NCBI GenBank assembly: GCA_944321875.1
Contig: CALUMX010000013.1
Span: forward strand, 2,816 to 66,815
DNA length: 64,000 nt
Direction of reading: 5' to 3'
Source: an uncultured Muribaculaceae bacterium
GTDB lineage: Bacteria > Bacteroidota > Bacteroidia > Bacteroidales > Muribaculaceae
Part shown: positions 30,509 through 39,056 of the stretch, piece by piece
Numbering within the stretch: the stretch's first letter is position 1
Layout of the letters: each line of letters opens with the position of its first letter
Program-made: the position numbers and the translations under genes
The notes under the pieces: generated by a model
Databases searched by the model: none
Told to the model about the DNA's origin: nothing
Seen by the model: only the letters and a program-made list of their open reading frames with translations

Positions 30509-30895
30509 ATGGAACAGATTAATGCAGTAGGACGCCGTAAAGCGGCTATCGCGCGTGTTTTCGTTAAGGAAGGAACAGGCGTAATGACAATCAACAATCG
30601 CACGTTGGAAGAATACTTCCCGAATCCTATTCTTCAATATATCGTAAAGCAACCGTTGGCTTTGTTGGATGTGCTCGAAAAGTATGACATCAAGGTTAAC
30701 TTGGTAGGTGGCGGTTACACTGGTCAGGCAGAGGCATTGCGTTTGGCAATCGCTCGCGCTTTGGTTAAGGTTAATCCGGAAGACAAGAGCGCTCTCCGTC
30801 AGGCAGGCTTCGTAACACGCGACCCACGTTCAGTAGAGCGTAAGAAACCGGGTCAGCCGAAAGCTCGTAAGAGATTCCAATTCTCAAAGCGTTAA
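30509..30895 (+). CDS. rpsI: 30S ribosomal protein S9
   Basis: GRRKAAIARV ... GGGYTGQAEA ... C-terminal RKRFQFSKR. Confidence 0.95.
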   Translation: MEQINAVGRRKAAIARVFVKEGTGVMTINNRTLEEYFPNPILQYIVKQPLALLDVLEKYDIKVNLVGGGYTGQAEALRLAIARALVKVNPEDKSALRQAGFVTRDPRSVERKKPGQPKARKRFQFSKR

Positions 30896-31003
30896 TATTT
30901 GGATTCTTACAGCTATTGTGTTTAGTATCCAAACCATCAAGACTCGTAAACAGGCTACTTGGTGGTTGTGTTAAGTAGAATGTAAACAAAAAAGAAAAGA
31001 AAA

Positions 31004-31816
31004 ATGTCAACACCAAATTTTGAACAATTATTAGAAGCAGGTTGCCATTTCGGCCACTTGAAACGTAAATGGAATCCTGCAATGGCTCCGTATATCTTCA
31101 TGGAGCGCAATGGTATCCACATCATTGACTTATACAAGACAGCTGCAAAGCTTGAGGAAGCTGCAGCAGCTTTGAAGAGCATCGCTAAATCGGGTAAGAA
31201 AGTGCTTTTCGTAGCAACTAAGAAGCAAGCTAAGCAAGTAGTTGCTGACAAAGCCAGCTCAATCAATATGCCATACGTAATCGAGCGTTGGCCGGGCGGT
31301 ATGCTCACCAACTTCCCGACTATCCGTAAGGCTGTGAAGAAGATGACCAACATTGACAAGATGACTAAGGACGGTACGTTCGACAACTTGTCAAAGCGTG
31401 AGCGTCTCCAAATCAACCGCCAGCGCGCTAAGTTGGAGAAGACTCTCGGCAGCATCGCTGACCTGAACCGTCTTCCTTCTGCTTTGTTTGTAGTTGACGT
31501 AATGAAGGAGCACATCGCAGTTGCTGAGGCTAACCGTCTTGGTATTCCTGTGTTCGCTATGGTCGACACTAACTCTAACCCGAACAACGTTGACTTCGTA
31601 ATCCCGGCTAACGACGATGCTTCTAAGTCTATCGAACTCGTTCTCGACACTGTTTGCGCTGCTATGGCAGAAGGTCTCGAGGAGCGTAAGGCTGAGAAGA
31701 TTGACACTCCGGCTGAGGGCGAAGAGAAGGACGCTGCTCCAAAGCGTGAGCGTCGCCGCGTACGCAAGGGTGCTGCTGAAGCTGCTGAAGCTGTAGAAGA
31801 AGCTACTGAAGCTTAA
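31004..31816 (+). CDS. rpsB: 30S ribosomal protein S2
   Basis: LLEAGCHFGH ... ERWPGGMLTN. It has an acidic, Ala-rich C-terminal extension. Confidence 0.95.
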   Translation: MSTPNFEQLLEAGCHFGHLKRKWNPAMAPYIFMERNGIHIIDLYKTAAKLEEAAAALKSIAKSGKKVLFVATKKQAKQVVADKASSINMPYVIERWPGGMLTNFPTIRKAVKKMTNIDKMTKDGTFDNLSKRERLQINRQRAKLEKTLGSIADLNRLPSALFVVDVMKEHIAVAEANRLGIPVFAMVDTNSNPNNVDFVIPANDDASKSIELVLDTVCAAMAEGLEERKAEKIDTPAEGEEKDAAPKRERRRVRKGAAEAAEAVEEATEA

Positions 31817-31858
31817 TTCCGGCAAAACAATTTATTAACGAAAAAAATAAATAAGAAT

Positions 31859-32680
31859 ATGGCAGTTACTATGGCTGACATCAGCAAGCTCCGCAAATTG
31901 ACAGGTGCTGGCATGATGGACTGTAAAAAAGCATTGGAAGAAACCAATTGTGATATGGACGCAGCTGTTGAAATCATTCGTAAGAAGGGTCAGGCAGTTG
32001 CTGCTAAGCGTGAGGACCGCGAAGCTTCTGAAGGTTGCGTGCTTTCAGCTGCTCAAGACGGATTCGCTGCTCTTGTTGCTCTCAAGTGCGAGACTGACTT
32101 CGTTGCTAAGAACGAAGGTTTCGTAGCTCTTACAAAGAAGATTCTTGACGCTGCTATGGCTGCTAAGTGCAAGTCTTTGGAAGAGGTTAACGCTTTGGTT
32201 ATCGAAGGTCGTCCGGTTTCTGAGCTTATCGTTGAGGAAATCGGTAAGACTGGTGAGAAGATGGAGCTCGGTGGTTACGAGTGGCTTGAGGGTGCTGGCG
32301 TTACTTGCTACGACCACCTCGGCAACAAGCTCTCTACTATCCTTGCTTTCAACAAGCCGGTTGAGCGTCAGGTAGGCCGCAACGTTGCTATGCAGGTTGC
32401 TTCCATGAACCCGATTTCTGTAAGCCGTGCTGATGTTCCTGCTGAAGTTGTTAAGCAGGAGTTCGAAATCGCTCGCGAGAAGGCTCGTGCTGAAGGCAAG
32501 AAGGAAGAAATGCTCGACAAGATTGCAGAAGGCCGTCTGAACAAGTTCTACAAGGAATCTTGCCTTTTGGAACAAGAATACATCATGGACGCTTCTATGA
32601 CAATTGAGAAGTATCTGAAGAGCGTAGAGAGCGACTTGGTTGCTACTGCATTCAAGCGTCTCAACCTCAACGAAGATTAA
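31859..32680 (+). CDS. tsf: Elongation factor Ts
   Basis: UBA-like N-terminus ISKLRKLTGAGMMDCKKALEE and the dimerisation core. Confidence 0.95.
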   Translation: MAVTMADISKLRKLTGAGMMDCKKALEETNCDMDAAVEIIRKKGQAVAAKREDREASEGCVLSAAQDGFAALVALKCETDFVAKNEGFVALTKKILDAAMAAKCKSLEEVNALVIEGRPVSELIVEEIGKTGEKMELGGYEWLEGAGVTCYDHLGNKLSTILAFNKPVERQVGRNVAMQVASMNPISVSRADVPAEVVKQEFEIAREKARAEGKKEEMLDKIAEGRLNKFYKESCLLEQEYIMDASMTIEKYLKSVESDLVATAFKRLNLNED

Positions 32681-32708
32681 TTTAGCAATAAATTATATTC
32701 GAGAATAT

Positions 32709-32740
32709 GCCGCCGGGGAGTTTTCTCCGGCGGCTTTTTT
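32709..32740 (+). terminator. Intrinsic terminator of tsf
   Basis: Stem gccgccgggg / ctccggcggc, loop ~tttt, followed by T6. Confidence 0.8.
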
Positions 32741-32882
32741 GTTGTTATTGAGATTAAATTAGTGCCATGAGCAAAAATGTAGAAAAATCGCTTATAACAG
32801 ACTAAAAGGGAGTAAATCCGATAAAAAACTACTTATTTTTTGTATCTTTACAGCAAAAGGACGTTATTAGACCCGAGTGATA

Positions 32883-33239
32883 ATGACAACAAAATTTAGT
32901 GTCACAATAGCTGGAGGGCGAGTTCTCTGGCTACAAATTAGACAAAGAAAAAGTACTCTACTTTCTCCAGAATACACTACTTGACGTAACTATCAGTTCC
33001 AGTGGTGCGTCTGGAGTTGATGCTTGAGGGGAAGGATTTGCCAAAGAGCAAGGTTTAGAGTTGATCACTAAACATGTAGATTGGGGCAAGTATTGAAGAA
33101 GTGAAGCTAAAAGAAATGCAAAATGGCAGAGATAGCGGATGCTCTTATTGCTTTTTGGAATGGTTAATCTAGAAGTACAAAGAATATGATAAATACCTCT
33201 ACTTCCAAAGGACTAGTAGTGAAAGTTGTAAAATATTAA
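32883..33239 (+). pseudogene. Decayed DUF2493 / SLOG-family (YspA-like) gene
   Basis: My three-frame reading gives MTTKFSVTIAGGR, then EFSGYKLDKEKVLYFLQNTLLDVTISSSGASGVDA*GEGFAKEQGLELITKHVDWGKY*, then KMAEIADALIAFWNG*SRSTKNMINTSTSKGLVVKVVKY. This matches the DUF2493 pattern (SGGA.G.D..GE.YA...GL......ADW.KYG..AG..RN..M...AD.LIAFWDG.S.GT..MI) but carries at least 3 in-frame stops and at least 2 frameshifts. Confidence 0.7.
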
Positions 33240-33244
33240 ATACT

Positions 33245-35029
33245 ATGGCAGGTTTATTTCAAGAATCAGATTTTGCTTTATTTACACAATATCAAGGCAA
33301 AACGCAAGCTGAAGCCCCAGAGGGCCAAGTACCTTTGACGCAGATGTATCATAAACTAGGCAATATACTTGATGGTCTTCAAAGTTTGGGATATCGTACT
33401 AACATTAGAAGAAACCCATTAGCCCAAGCTGGTCCGGCGACCTTTAAGTATTGTGACTACCATTGGGCTAAAGTATATCCTAAAGAATATACTCTTTTCA
33501 AGGAGTGTGAAGATAAGATTTTTTTTGTGATTGGTACGACACAAGATGGCTTTAACATTCATATAGATACTAACTCCAAAAAGGGCATTGACAGTGAAAA
33601 CAACAAGGAAGCCAAAGCAATCAAGAAAGAGACTTGGTGGCAATTCTCTCCCGCAGAATCAAGTCAAAAATCACTTGAAGAATTTGTCTCTGCTACTGAC
33701 AAATATATACAAGAGTATTGGATAGAGTTTAATAAGTTTGCTAGCATCTATGGAGTCCAAGAAAGTATAAAGATTCTAAAGAATATGGAGCTAGAAAAAA
33801 CAAAGAAACTTCTATTAGGCAATCATAATTTAATATTAACAGGAGCTCCGGGTACGGGTAAAACATATCTTGCAAAGCAACTTGCTAAGGCTATTGGAGC
33901 AACCGATGAATCAATCAAACTAGTTCAATTTCATCCTTCTTATGACTACACTGACTTTGTTGAAGGATTGAGACCTGTTGGTGAAAAGAAGGAACTTGGA
34001 TTTGAGCGAAAAGATGGTGTATTCAAGGCTTTTTGTAAAGAAGCTATTACGGCTCAATCGGGAAGAAGTTTTGAAGCTTTGTATAAGGCTTTAACTAAAG
34101 ATATTACCGATGGTATCATTACAAAGTATAGGACTCTTTCAGGTAATGAGTATGAACTTAAAGTTGACGGTGGTACTATTAAGTTCTGCTGTCTAGAGAA
34201 TGGCACAAAATGGAGGAGTGAGAATACCGATAACATCAAATTGCTCTTTGAGTTCTTATGCAAGGACACCGATCCTAGTAGATATTACAATACGGAGAAA
34301 ATAAGAAATCTTATGGAAAAGGTTTCGGGTGGTGCAGTAAAGACAGTTGACCCATCAGAGTATATATGGACTATCAAACAACTTATTGATAGATACAAGG
34401 TGATACCTACTATCTATGTATTTATCATTGATGAAATTAATAGAGGTGAGATATCTAAAATCTTTGGAGAATTGTTCTACTCAATTGATGCAGGATACAG
34501 AGGCACAAAAGGTAGGGTTAACACGCAATATCAAAATCTAGTTCCAAAGGATGATTTATTTGCGAAAGGCTTCTATATTCCTGAAAATGTCTACATCATT
34601 GGCACAATGAATGACATTGATAGAAGTGTAGAAAGTATGGATTTTGCTATGAGAAGAAGATTTGCTTGGAAGGAAATTACAGCAGAATCTAGACAATCTA
34701 TGCTTGATGAAGATGATGCTTGGGGTGATAATCCAAAGCCATCTCCTGATGTTATTGCAGAAATGAAAATCAGGATGAACAACCTCAATGCTTGTATCAT
34801 TGATAAGTATCTTGATGGGACTCTTTCACCCAAGGATAAGATTGGGCTTGCCAAGGCTTACCAAATTGGTGCTTCCTACTTCTTGAAATATGCAACCTAT
34901 GGCAATTTTGATGAACTATGGGAGAACCATATTGAAGGATTGCTTTATGAATACTTGAGAGGTTCTTCTAATGTGGAGACAAAGATAGAAAGATTACATC
35001 AAGCATATAACGATATTACCGCACATTGA
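33245..35029 (+). CDS. McrB-family AAA+ GTPase subunit with an uncharacterised N-terminal domain (~185 aa) and a ~120-aa insertion in the AAA+ core
   Basis: Walker A GAPGTGKT (aa 200-207). McrB signature LVQFHPSYDYTDFVEGLRP. Walker B YVFIIDEINRGEISKIFGEL. The motif ENVYIIGTMNDIDRSVESMDFAMRRRFAW corresponds to E. coli McrB NVYIIGLMNTADRS...ALRRRF. The gene is AT-rich. Confidence 0.85.
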   Translation: MAGLFQESDFALFTQYQGKTQAEAPEGQVPLTQMYHKLGNILDGLQSLGYRTNIRRNPLAQAGPATFKYCDYHWAKVYPKEYTLFKECEDKIFFVIGTTQDGFNIHIDTNSKKGIDSENNKEAKAIKKETWWQFSPAESSQKSLEEFVSATDKYIQEYWIEFNKFASIYGVQESIKILKNMELEKTKKLLLGNHNLILTGAPGTGKTYLAKQLAKAIGATDESIKLVQFHPSYDYTDFVEGLRPVGEKKELGFERKDGVFKAFCKEAITAQSGRSFEALYKALTKDITDGIITKYRTLSGNEYELKVDGGTIKFCCLENGTKWRSENTDNIKLLFEFLCKDTDPSRYYNTEKIRNLMEKVSGGAVKTVDPSEYIWTIKQLIDRYKVIPTIYVFIIDEINRGEISKIFGELFYSIDAGYRGTKGRVNTQYQNLVPKDDLFAKGFYIPENVYIIGTMNDIDRSVESMDFAMRRRFAWKEITAESRQSMLDEDDAWGDNPKPSPDVIAEMKIRMNNLNACIIDKYLDGTLSPKDKIGLAKAYQIGASYFLKYATYGNFDELWENHIEGLLYEYLRGSSNVETKIERLHQAYNDITAH

Positions 35030-36333
35030 TTACAAGAGACTATAGCATAGCAAGTGTCAATCCTGAAGAACTTCAAGACTTGAAGACCATTGTTGGTGTA
35101 CCCATCTCAACTATCGGTTTAGAGGAGTACCCCAACTTACTTGTATTTCCGGATTCCTTTGAAGAGTATGATAGGGACTTTGGAAAGAAAGTTGTGTGTG
35201 ATATAGTAGATGACAGTAAATTACTAACCAATAGTATCGTTGGCTTTATTGGCAGAAATAGCACAAAACTCTCTATCCATTCAAGATTTTCAAAAGAGGA
35301 TGAAGGTGACTACTTCTTGCATTATATGCTCCAGAAGGTAGCTAAGGTGAACATCCTAAATTTACAGCACACTTTGGATGAGGATAGTGTGTTTGATTAT
35401 TTAGTTTATTTGTTTCCCTTATATTTAAAGAAGGCTATTACCCAAGGAATATACAAGCAATATAAAACACAAAAGTACAATGATGCAAATGTAAAAGGTG
35501 TCATAGATATAAACAGGCATATCAGATACAATAAGCCTTTCAATGGTAAGGTAGCATATACTACAAGGGAGTATAGTTACGATAACGATATTACCCAATT
35601 GATTAGGCATACTATAGAATACATCTCCAAGCGTAAAGAAGGTGGAACTGAAATCCTATCAATTGATACCGATACAAAAGAGGCAGTATCCCAAATAATC
35701 AGTGCTACTCCTACGTATTTGTCCAATGAGTTGGTAGCCATTATAAATAAGAATATTCGACCATTAGTACATCCTTACTATAGTGAGTATGTTTCGCTTC
35801 AAAGACTATGTTTGCAGATTCTTCGTCACGAAGAATTGAGATATGGTCAAGAAGAAGATGAAATTTATGGAGTACTTATTGATGCTGCTTGGTTATGGGA
35901 AGAGTATTTGGATATAATATTAGAAGGTAAGTATGTCCACTATAAGAAGAATGAGGGTAAACGATTCTACTTATTTGAGAACTTCCAACAGATTATACCA
36001 GATTACCTATCTTTGGATAAGAGTATTGTTGCAGATGCCAAATACATTCCACTCAATAAAGAGAGGGACTATGGTGAGGAAAAAGCTACCGCTATTTATT
36101 ACAAGACTATTACTTATATGTATAGGTTTTGCTCTAACAAAGCATACTTATTCTATCCCCATCCTGATGGAGAAGAACAACCTGTTACTTACAAGATAAA
36201 AACGGAGCAAGATGGTATAAATGGGGGTGTCATTATCAAGCAAGGATTAAGTATACCTTCCGGATGCAATTCCTTTATAGAATTTTCCAACAAGATGAAG
36301 CAATCAGAGGAAAAGTTTCTATCTGAGATATAA
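35026..36333 (+). CDS. McrC / LlaJI-R2-like PD-(D/E)xK nuclease subunit
   Basis: The TTG start overlaps the upstream TGA stop by 4 nt (ttga). N-terminal NLLVFP ... NSIVGFIG ... LSIHSRF resembles McrC. C-terminal WLWEEYL ... IIPDY(D326) ... VADAKY(D337, K339) is a PD...D.K nuclease motif. Confidence 0.75.
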   Translation: MITRDYSIASVNPEELQDLKTIVGVPISTIGLEEYPNLLVFPDSFEEYDRDFGKKVVCDIVDDSKLLTNSIVGFIGRNSTKLSIHSRFSKEDEGDYFLHYMLQKVAKVNILNLQHTLDEDSVFDYLVYLFPLYLKKAITQGIYKQYKTQKYNDANVKGVIDINRHIRYNKPFNGKVAYTTREYSYDNDITQLIRHTIEYISKRKEGGTEILSIDTDTKEAVSQIISATPTYLSNELVAIINKNIRPLVHPYYSEYVSLQRLCLQILRHEELRYGQEEDEIYGVLIDAAWLWEEYLDIILEGKYVHYKKNEGKRFYLFENFQQIIPDYLSLDKSIVADAKYIPLNKERDYGEEKATAIYYKTITYMYRFCSNKAYLFYPHPDGEEQPVTYKIKTEQDGINGGVIIKQGLSIPSGCNSFIEFSNKMKQSEEKFLSEI

Positions 36334-36533
36334 AAACGAGTTGTTGGATTATTATAAATTATTCAATAAATGAAAAATTATTTCTTTCAATAGTAATACG
36401 AGAGACACAGAAGTCTATATTAAAGTAGAATTTGTACGGACAAATATAAATGATATCAACATAGACAATAAGGATAATACCGCGTATGCCGATGCTAATA
36501 ACCGTTATGCAGATAAAAATAGCCCTTTGTCAA

Positions 36534-36584
36534 AGAAACAATAATCGGTTGTAACCTGAAAAGTTGCAACCGATTATTGTTTCT
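36534..36584. repeat. Long perfect inverted repeat (hairpin) at the right edge of the AT-rich island
   Basis: Arm 36534-36555 pairs with 36563-36584. There are 22 bp (18 perfect, then one G-U, then 3 more) around the 7-nt loop ctgaaaa. It lies 200 nt after the mcrC-like stop. Confidence 0.7.
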
Positions 36585-36595
36585 ATAAAAGCAAA

Positions 36596-36633
36596 AGAGA
36601 CCGACCTCAAAAAATCTCTTTTGGGTCGGCTCT
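36596..36633 (-). terminator. Terminator of the T9SS cargo gene
   Basis: Stem agaga-ccgacc / ggtcgg-ctct with one bulge; the minus strand continues with T-rich sequence. Confidence 0.6.
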
Positions 36634-36657
36634 GTTCTTTTATCAGGTTATCGTGGC

Positions 36658-38883
36658 TTAGAAAACGACCTTGAATGTGCGTGCGCCTACCTTGATAATG
36701 TAGACTCCGCGTGCTGGAAGCTTATAGGCTGCGTCTGTTGCCGCTGTATTGTCAAGAGTGACTGTTCGTCTGTCGAGCGAGTAGATGCCGACAGGAGCGT
36801 TCTGAGGATTGCATACGCGGAGCAGATTGCCGTCGACAAATACCTTTGTCGCGTCGTCGAAGAGCTTGCAGGCTCCGCTTACCGATTCGTTCACGGTGAT
36901 TTCCTCGGAATACGGGCTGGTGATTTGCACCTTGTTCGGGTTTACGCTCGCAGCGAAGAGCTTGTAGGAGATGATTTCCGGACCCGTGAGGTTGATGTCT
37001 TCGAAGTTGCAGGAGCTGTTCTGGTTGCCGTAGAGCGTCTTGCTGTCGATTTCCTTGGAGAGGGAAGTGCCTTGCTTCATGTCGATGGACAGTTGGAGGT
37101 CATCAAACATGAGTGACTTGCCGTCTGTCGGATAAATCAGCACATAGCATTTCTCCGTTCCGTTGGCGAGGTTGACCGTCTGCTTCGTCATGGTGGCTGT
37201 CACAGGAACTTCGTGGGTGTCGATTTCCACAAAGCTGCCTTCCTCGTCGGTTGTGGCGAGGGCGACAATGGCCTTTGTGCATTCCTCTGCGCTGCCCAGT
37301 GTAAGGGTTAGCGTAGCCTTTCCGTCAAACGGCGTGAGGTCGAGTGCCGGTGAGTACATATAGGTCAAAGAGCCGTATGAGCCGAAAGAATTGTCGAGGC
37401 CGACACCGCCGTTCATCAGCGCTTTCATCTGTACGAACCATCCGTAAGCGCCTGTCTCACGGCCCAGATATTCGTTGTCGTAGGTCTTTTCCGGCTTCTC
37501 GAGCGTACCTTCGGAGACGATGCCGTTGAAGTCAGTGTCGGTGTGCATGTAAGTCTCATCAGTGGCGGCTGTATAGTTGCTGAACACGTCGATTTTGTAA
37601 GTGTTGGCAGCAGGGTGAACTTCCCAGTTGGCCGTGAAGGCATTGTCGGTCTTGTCGGAGGCTGCAAGGGCAACCGGTGCGTCGAGGGTTGCCGGCTTGA
37701 CAACGATACTCTCCGATGTTTTTGTCTTTGAGTCGTTGGTCTCCGTTGCTGTCACGTTGTAGTAGTAGACGGTCGGAGCGGGTAGGTTGTCAATGACGAG
37801 TTGTGTCTCTGTGGTCTCTGCGTCGGTCAGAACCGGTTTCTGGACGAAGGTGTTGTCCTCGTTCAGGTCGTTGTAGTAGACGTTGACAGTATAGCTTTTC
37901 GCGCTTTCCACCTTGCTCCAGGATGCGGTGAACTTCTTGCCGTCGTAATCGGTCACCTCATTGGGGACAGGTGCGGCTGTATAAGTGATGCCCAGTTTGG
38001 TTGAATATGGCGATGGTACGCCGTCTTTCACGGCTGCCACCTGGAACGAATACTCATAGTCGGGATTCAAGTCAGTGATGTCGTAGAAATTCTCGTTGAC
38101 CTGCTGGTCCTTTATCGGATAGTGGATGTCCCACATCTCGTCCAGGTAGGACACGTTGAGAAGGTAGTAGTCGGCACCTTCCGATGCGTCCCAGCTCAGG
38201 TGGGCTGATTTGCCGTCAAAGAGCGATGTCTTCAATCCCGTAGGCGGTTGCAGACCTTCGGCTGAGATGACGATATCGTCGATGTAGAGCCCGGCCTCGA
38301 AGGCGTAGAACTGGACGTAGCACAGGTCTGTGCCTTGGGCAAGAGCAACCTTATAGTCTTTCCACTCGCCGGTCATCGGCAGGTCGACAACACTGAGCGG
38401 ATAATAGGGGTCGTCGGGGTCGTAGATACCGACTGACACATGGTCGTCGATGGATTTGTCGGAGCGTGCGCGGAACGAAATCGTGGAGATGCCTCCATTC
38501 GCACTCATGTCGAGGATAGGAGTGTTGAGGAATCCGTGTTCCGGGCCATACCAACCGTCGACCATGCCGATATAGGCTATACCGCCGGCCTGATAGACGG
38601 CGGCTCCCGTCCAATTAGGGGTCTGGAAGTAGTTCTCGCTGCCTTGGATTTGTCCATATTCATCGTCGAGCGGAGTGGTGTCGGGAGCGGCTTCGCTTCC
38701 GGCAGTGAATTTCTCGAAGTTCTCAGAGATGATAATGGCTCCCTCCTGCGTGTCTGCCTTGTGGATGGCGCTGACGAGCTTGAACGGTTTTTCTTCAGGT
38801 AATAACCTGCCTTTCTGAATAGCGGCTGTGCCCACACCGACGGACAGAGCGGTGGTGAGGGTTAAGATGATAAAGTTTCTCAT
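36658..38883 (-). CDS. Secreted multi-domain protein (N-terminal choice-of-anchor-J-like domain, several FN3-like modules) with a T9SS C-terminal sorting domain
   Basis: Signal peptide is present. FN3-like segments include PPTGLKTSLFDGKSAHLSWDASEGADYYLLNV. The C-terminal sequence LLRVCNPQNAPVGIYSLDRRTV...LPARGVYIIKVGARTFKVVF matches the type-A T9SS CTD pattern. Confidence 0.75.
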   Translation of the reverse strand: MRNFIILTLTTALSVGVGTAAIQKGRLLPEEKPFKLVSAIHKADTQEGAIIISENFEKFTAGSEAAPDTTPLDDEYGQIQGSENYFQTPNWTGAAVYQAGGIAYIGMVDGWYGPEHGFLNTPILDMSANGGISTISFRARSDKSIDDHVSVGIYDPDDPYYPLSVVDLPMTGEWKDYKVALAQGTDLCYVQFYAFEAGLYIDDIVISAEGLQPPTGLKTSLFDGKSAHLSWDASEGADYYLLNVSYLDEMWDIHYPIKDQQVNENFYDITDLNPDYEYSFQVAAVKDGVPSPYSTKLGITYTAAPVPNEVTDYDGKKFTASWSKVESAKSYTVNVYYNDLNEDNTFVQKPVLTDAETTETQLVIDNLPAPTVYYYNVTATETNDSKTKTSESIVVKPATLDAPVALAASDKTDNAFTANWEVHPAANTYKIDVFSNYTAATDETYMHTDTDFNGIVSEGTLEKPEKTYDNEYLGRETGAYGWFVQMKALMNGGVGLDNSFGSYGSLTYMYSPALDLTPFDGKATLTLTLGSAEECTKAIVALATTDEEGSFVEIDTHEVPVTATMTKQTVNLANGTEKCYVLIYPTDGKSLMFDDLQLSIDMKQGTSLSKEIDSKTLYGNQNSSCNFEDINLTGPEIISYKLFAASVNPNKVQITSPYSEEITVNESVSGACKLFDDATKVFVDGNLLRVCNPQNAPVGIYSLDRRTVTLDNTAATDAAYKLPARGVYIIKVGARTFKVVF

Positions 38884-39056
38884 TCGCTTTTAATTTTAGG
38901 TTATTGATTCTGTTAGTAGTGCATATAGATTAAACAAATGAGGCGGGCCAAGGTTGCTGAAATCTGTATATATTTTGATATTTTTCCCTCAATTTTGTTG
39001 AAATGTTTTATTTATGCATTTTGCCGCAAATTGCATACTGTAGTTGCGAAAAAAGA

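Noticed and set aside
30955-31767. 270-aa minus-strand ORF antisense to rpsB
   Set aside because: rpsB is unambiguous. The antisense frame is an artefact of its codon usage.
32746-36640. Direct repeats (att sites), an integrase or a tRNA target flanking the AT-rich island
   Set aside because: I found only a trivial shared 8-mer (agcaaaag) near the two edges. There is no integrase or transposase ORF and no tRNA gene. The mobilisation mechanism therefore cannot be claimed from this sequence.
38990-39040. Imperfect palindrome atgcattttgccgcaaattgcat upstream of the T9SS cargo gene
   Set aside because: Only the 5-bp ends pair cleanly. It is indistinguishable from chance in AT-rich promoter DNA.
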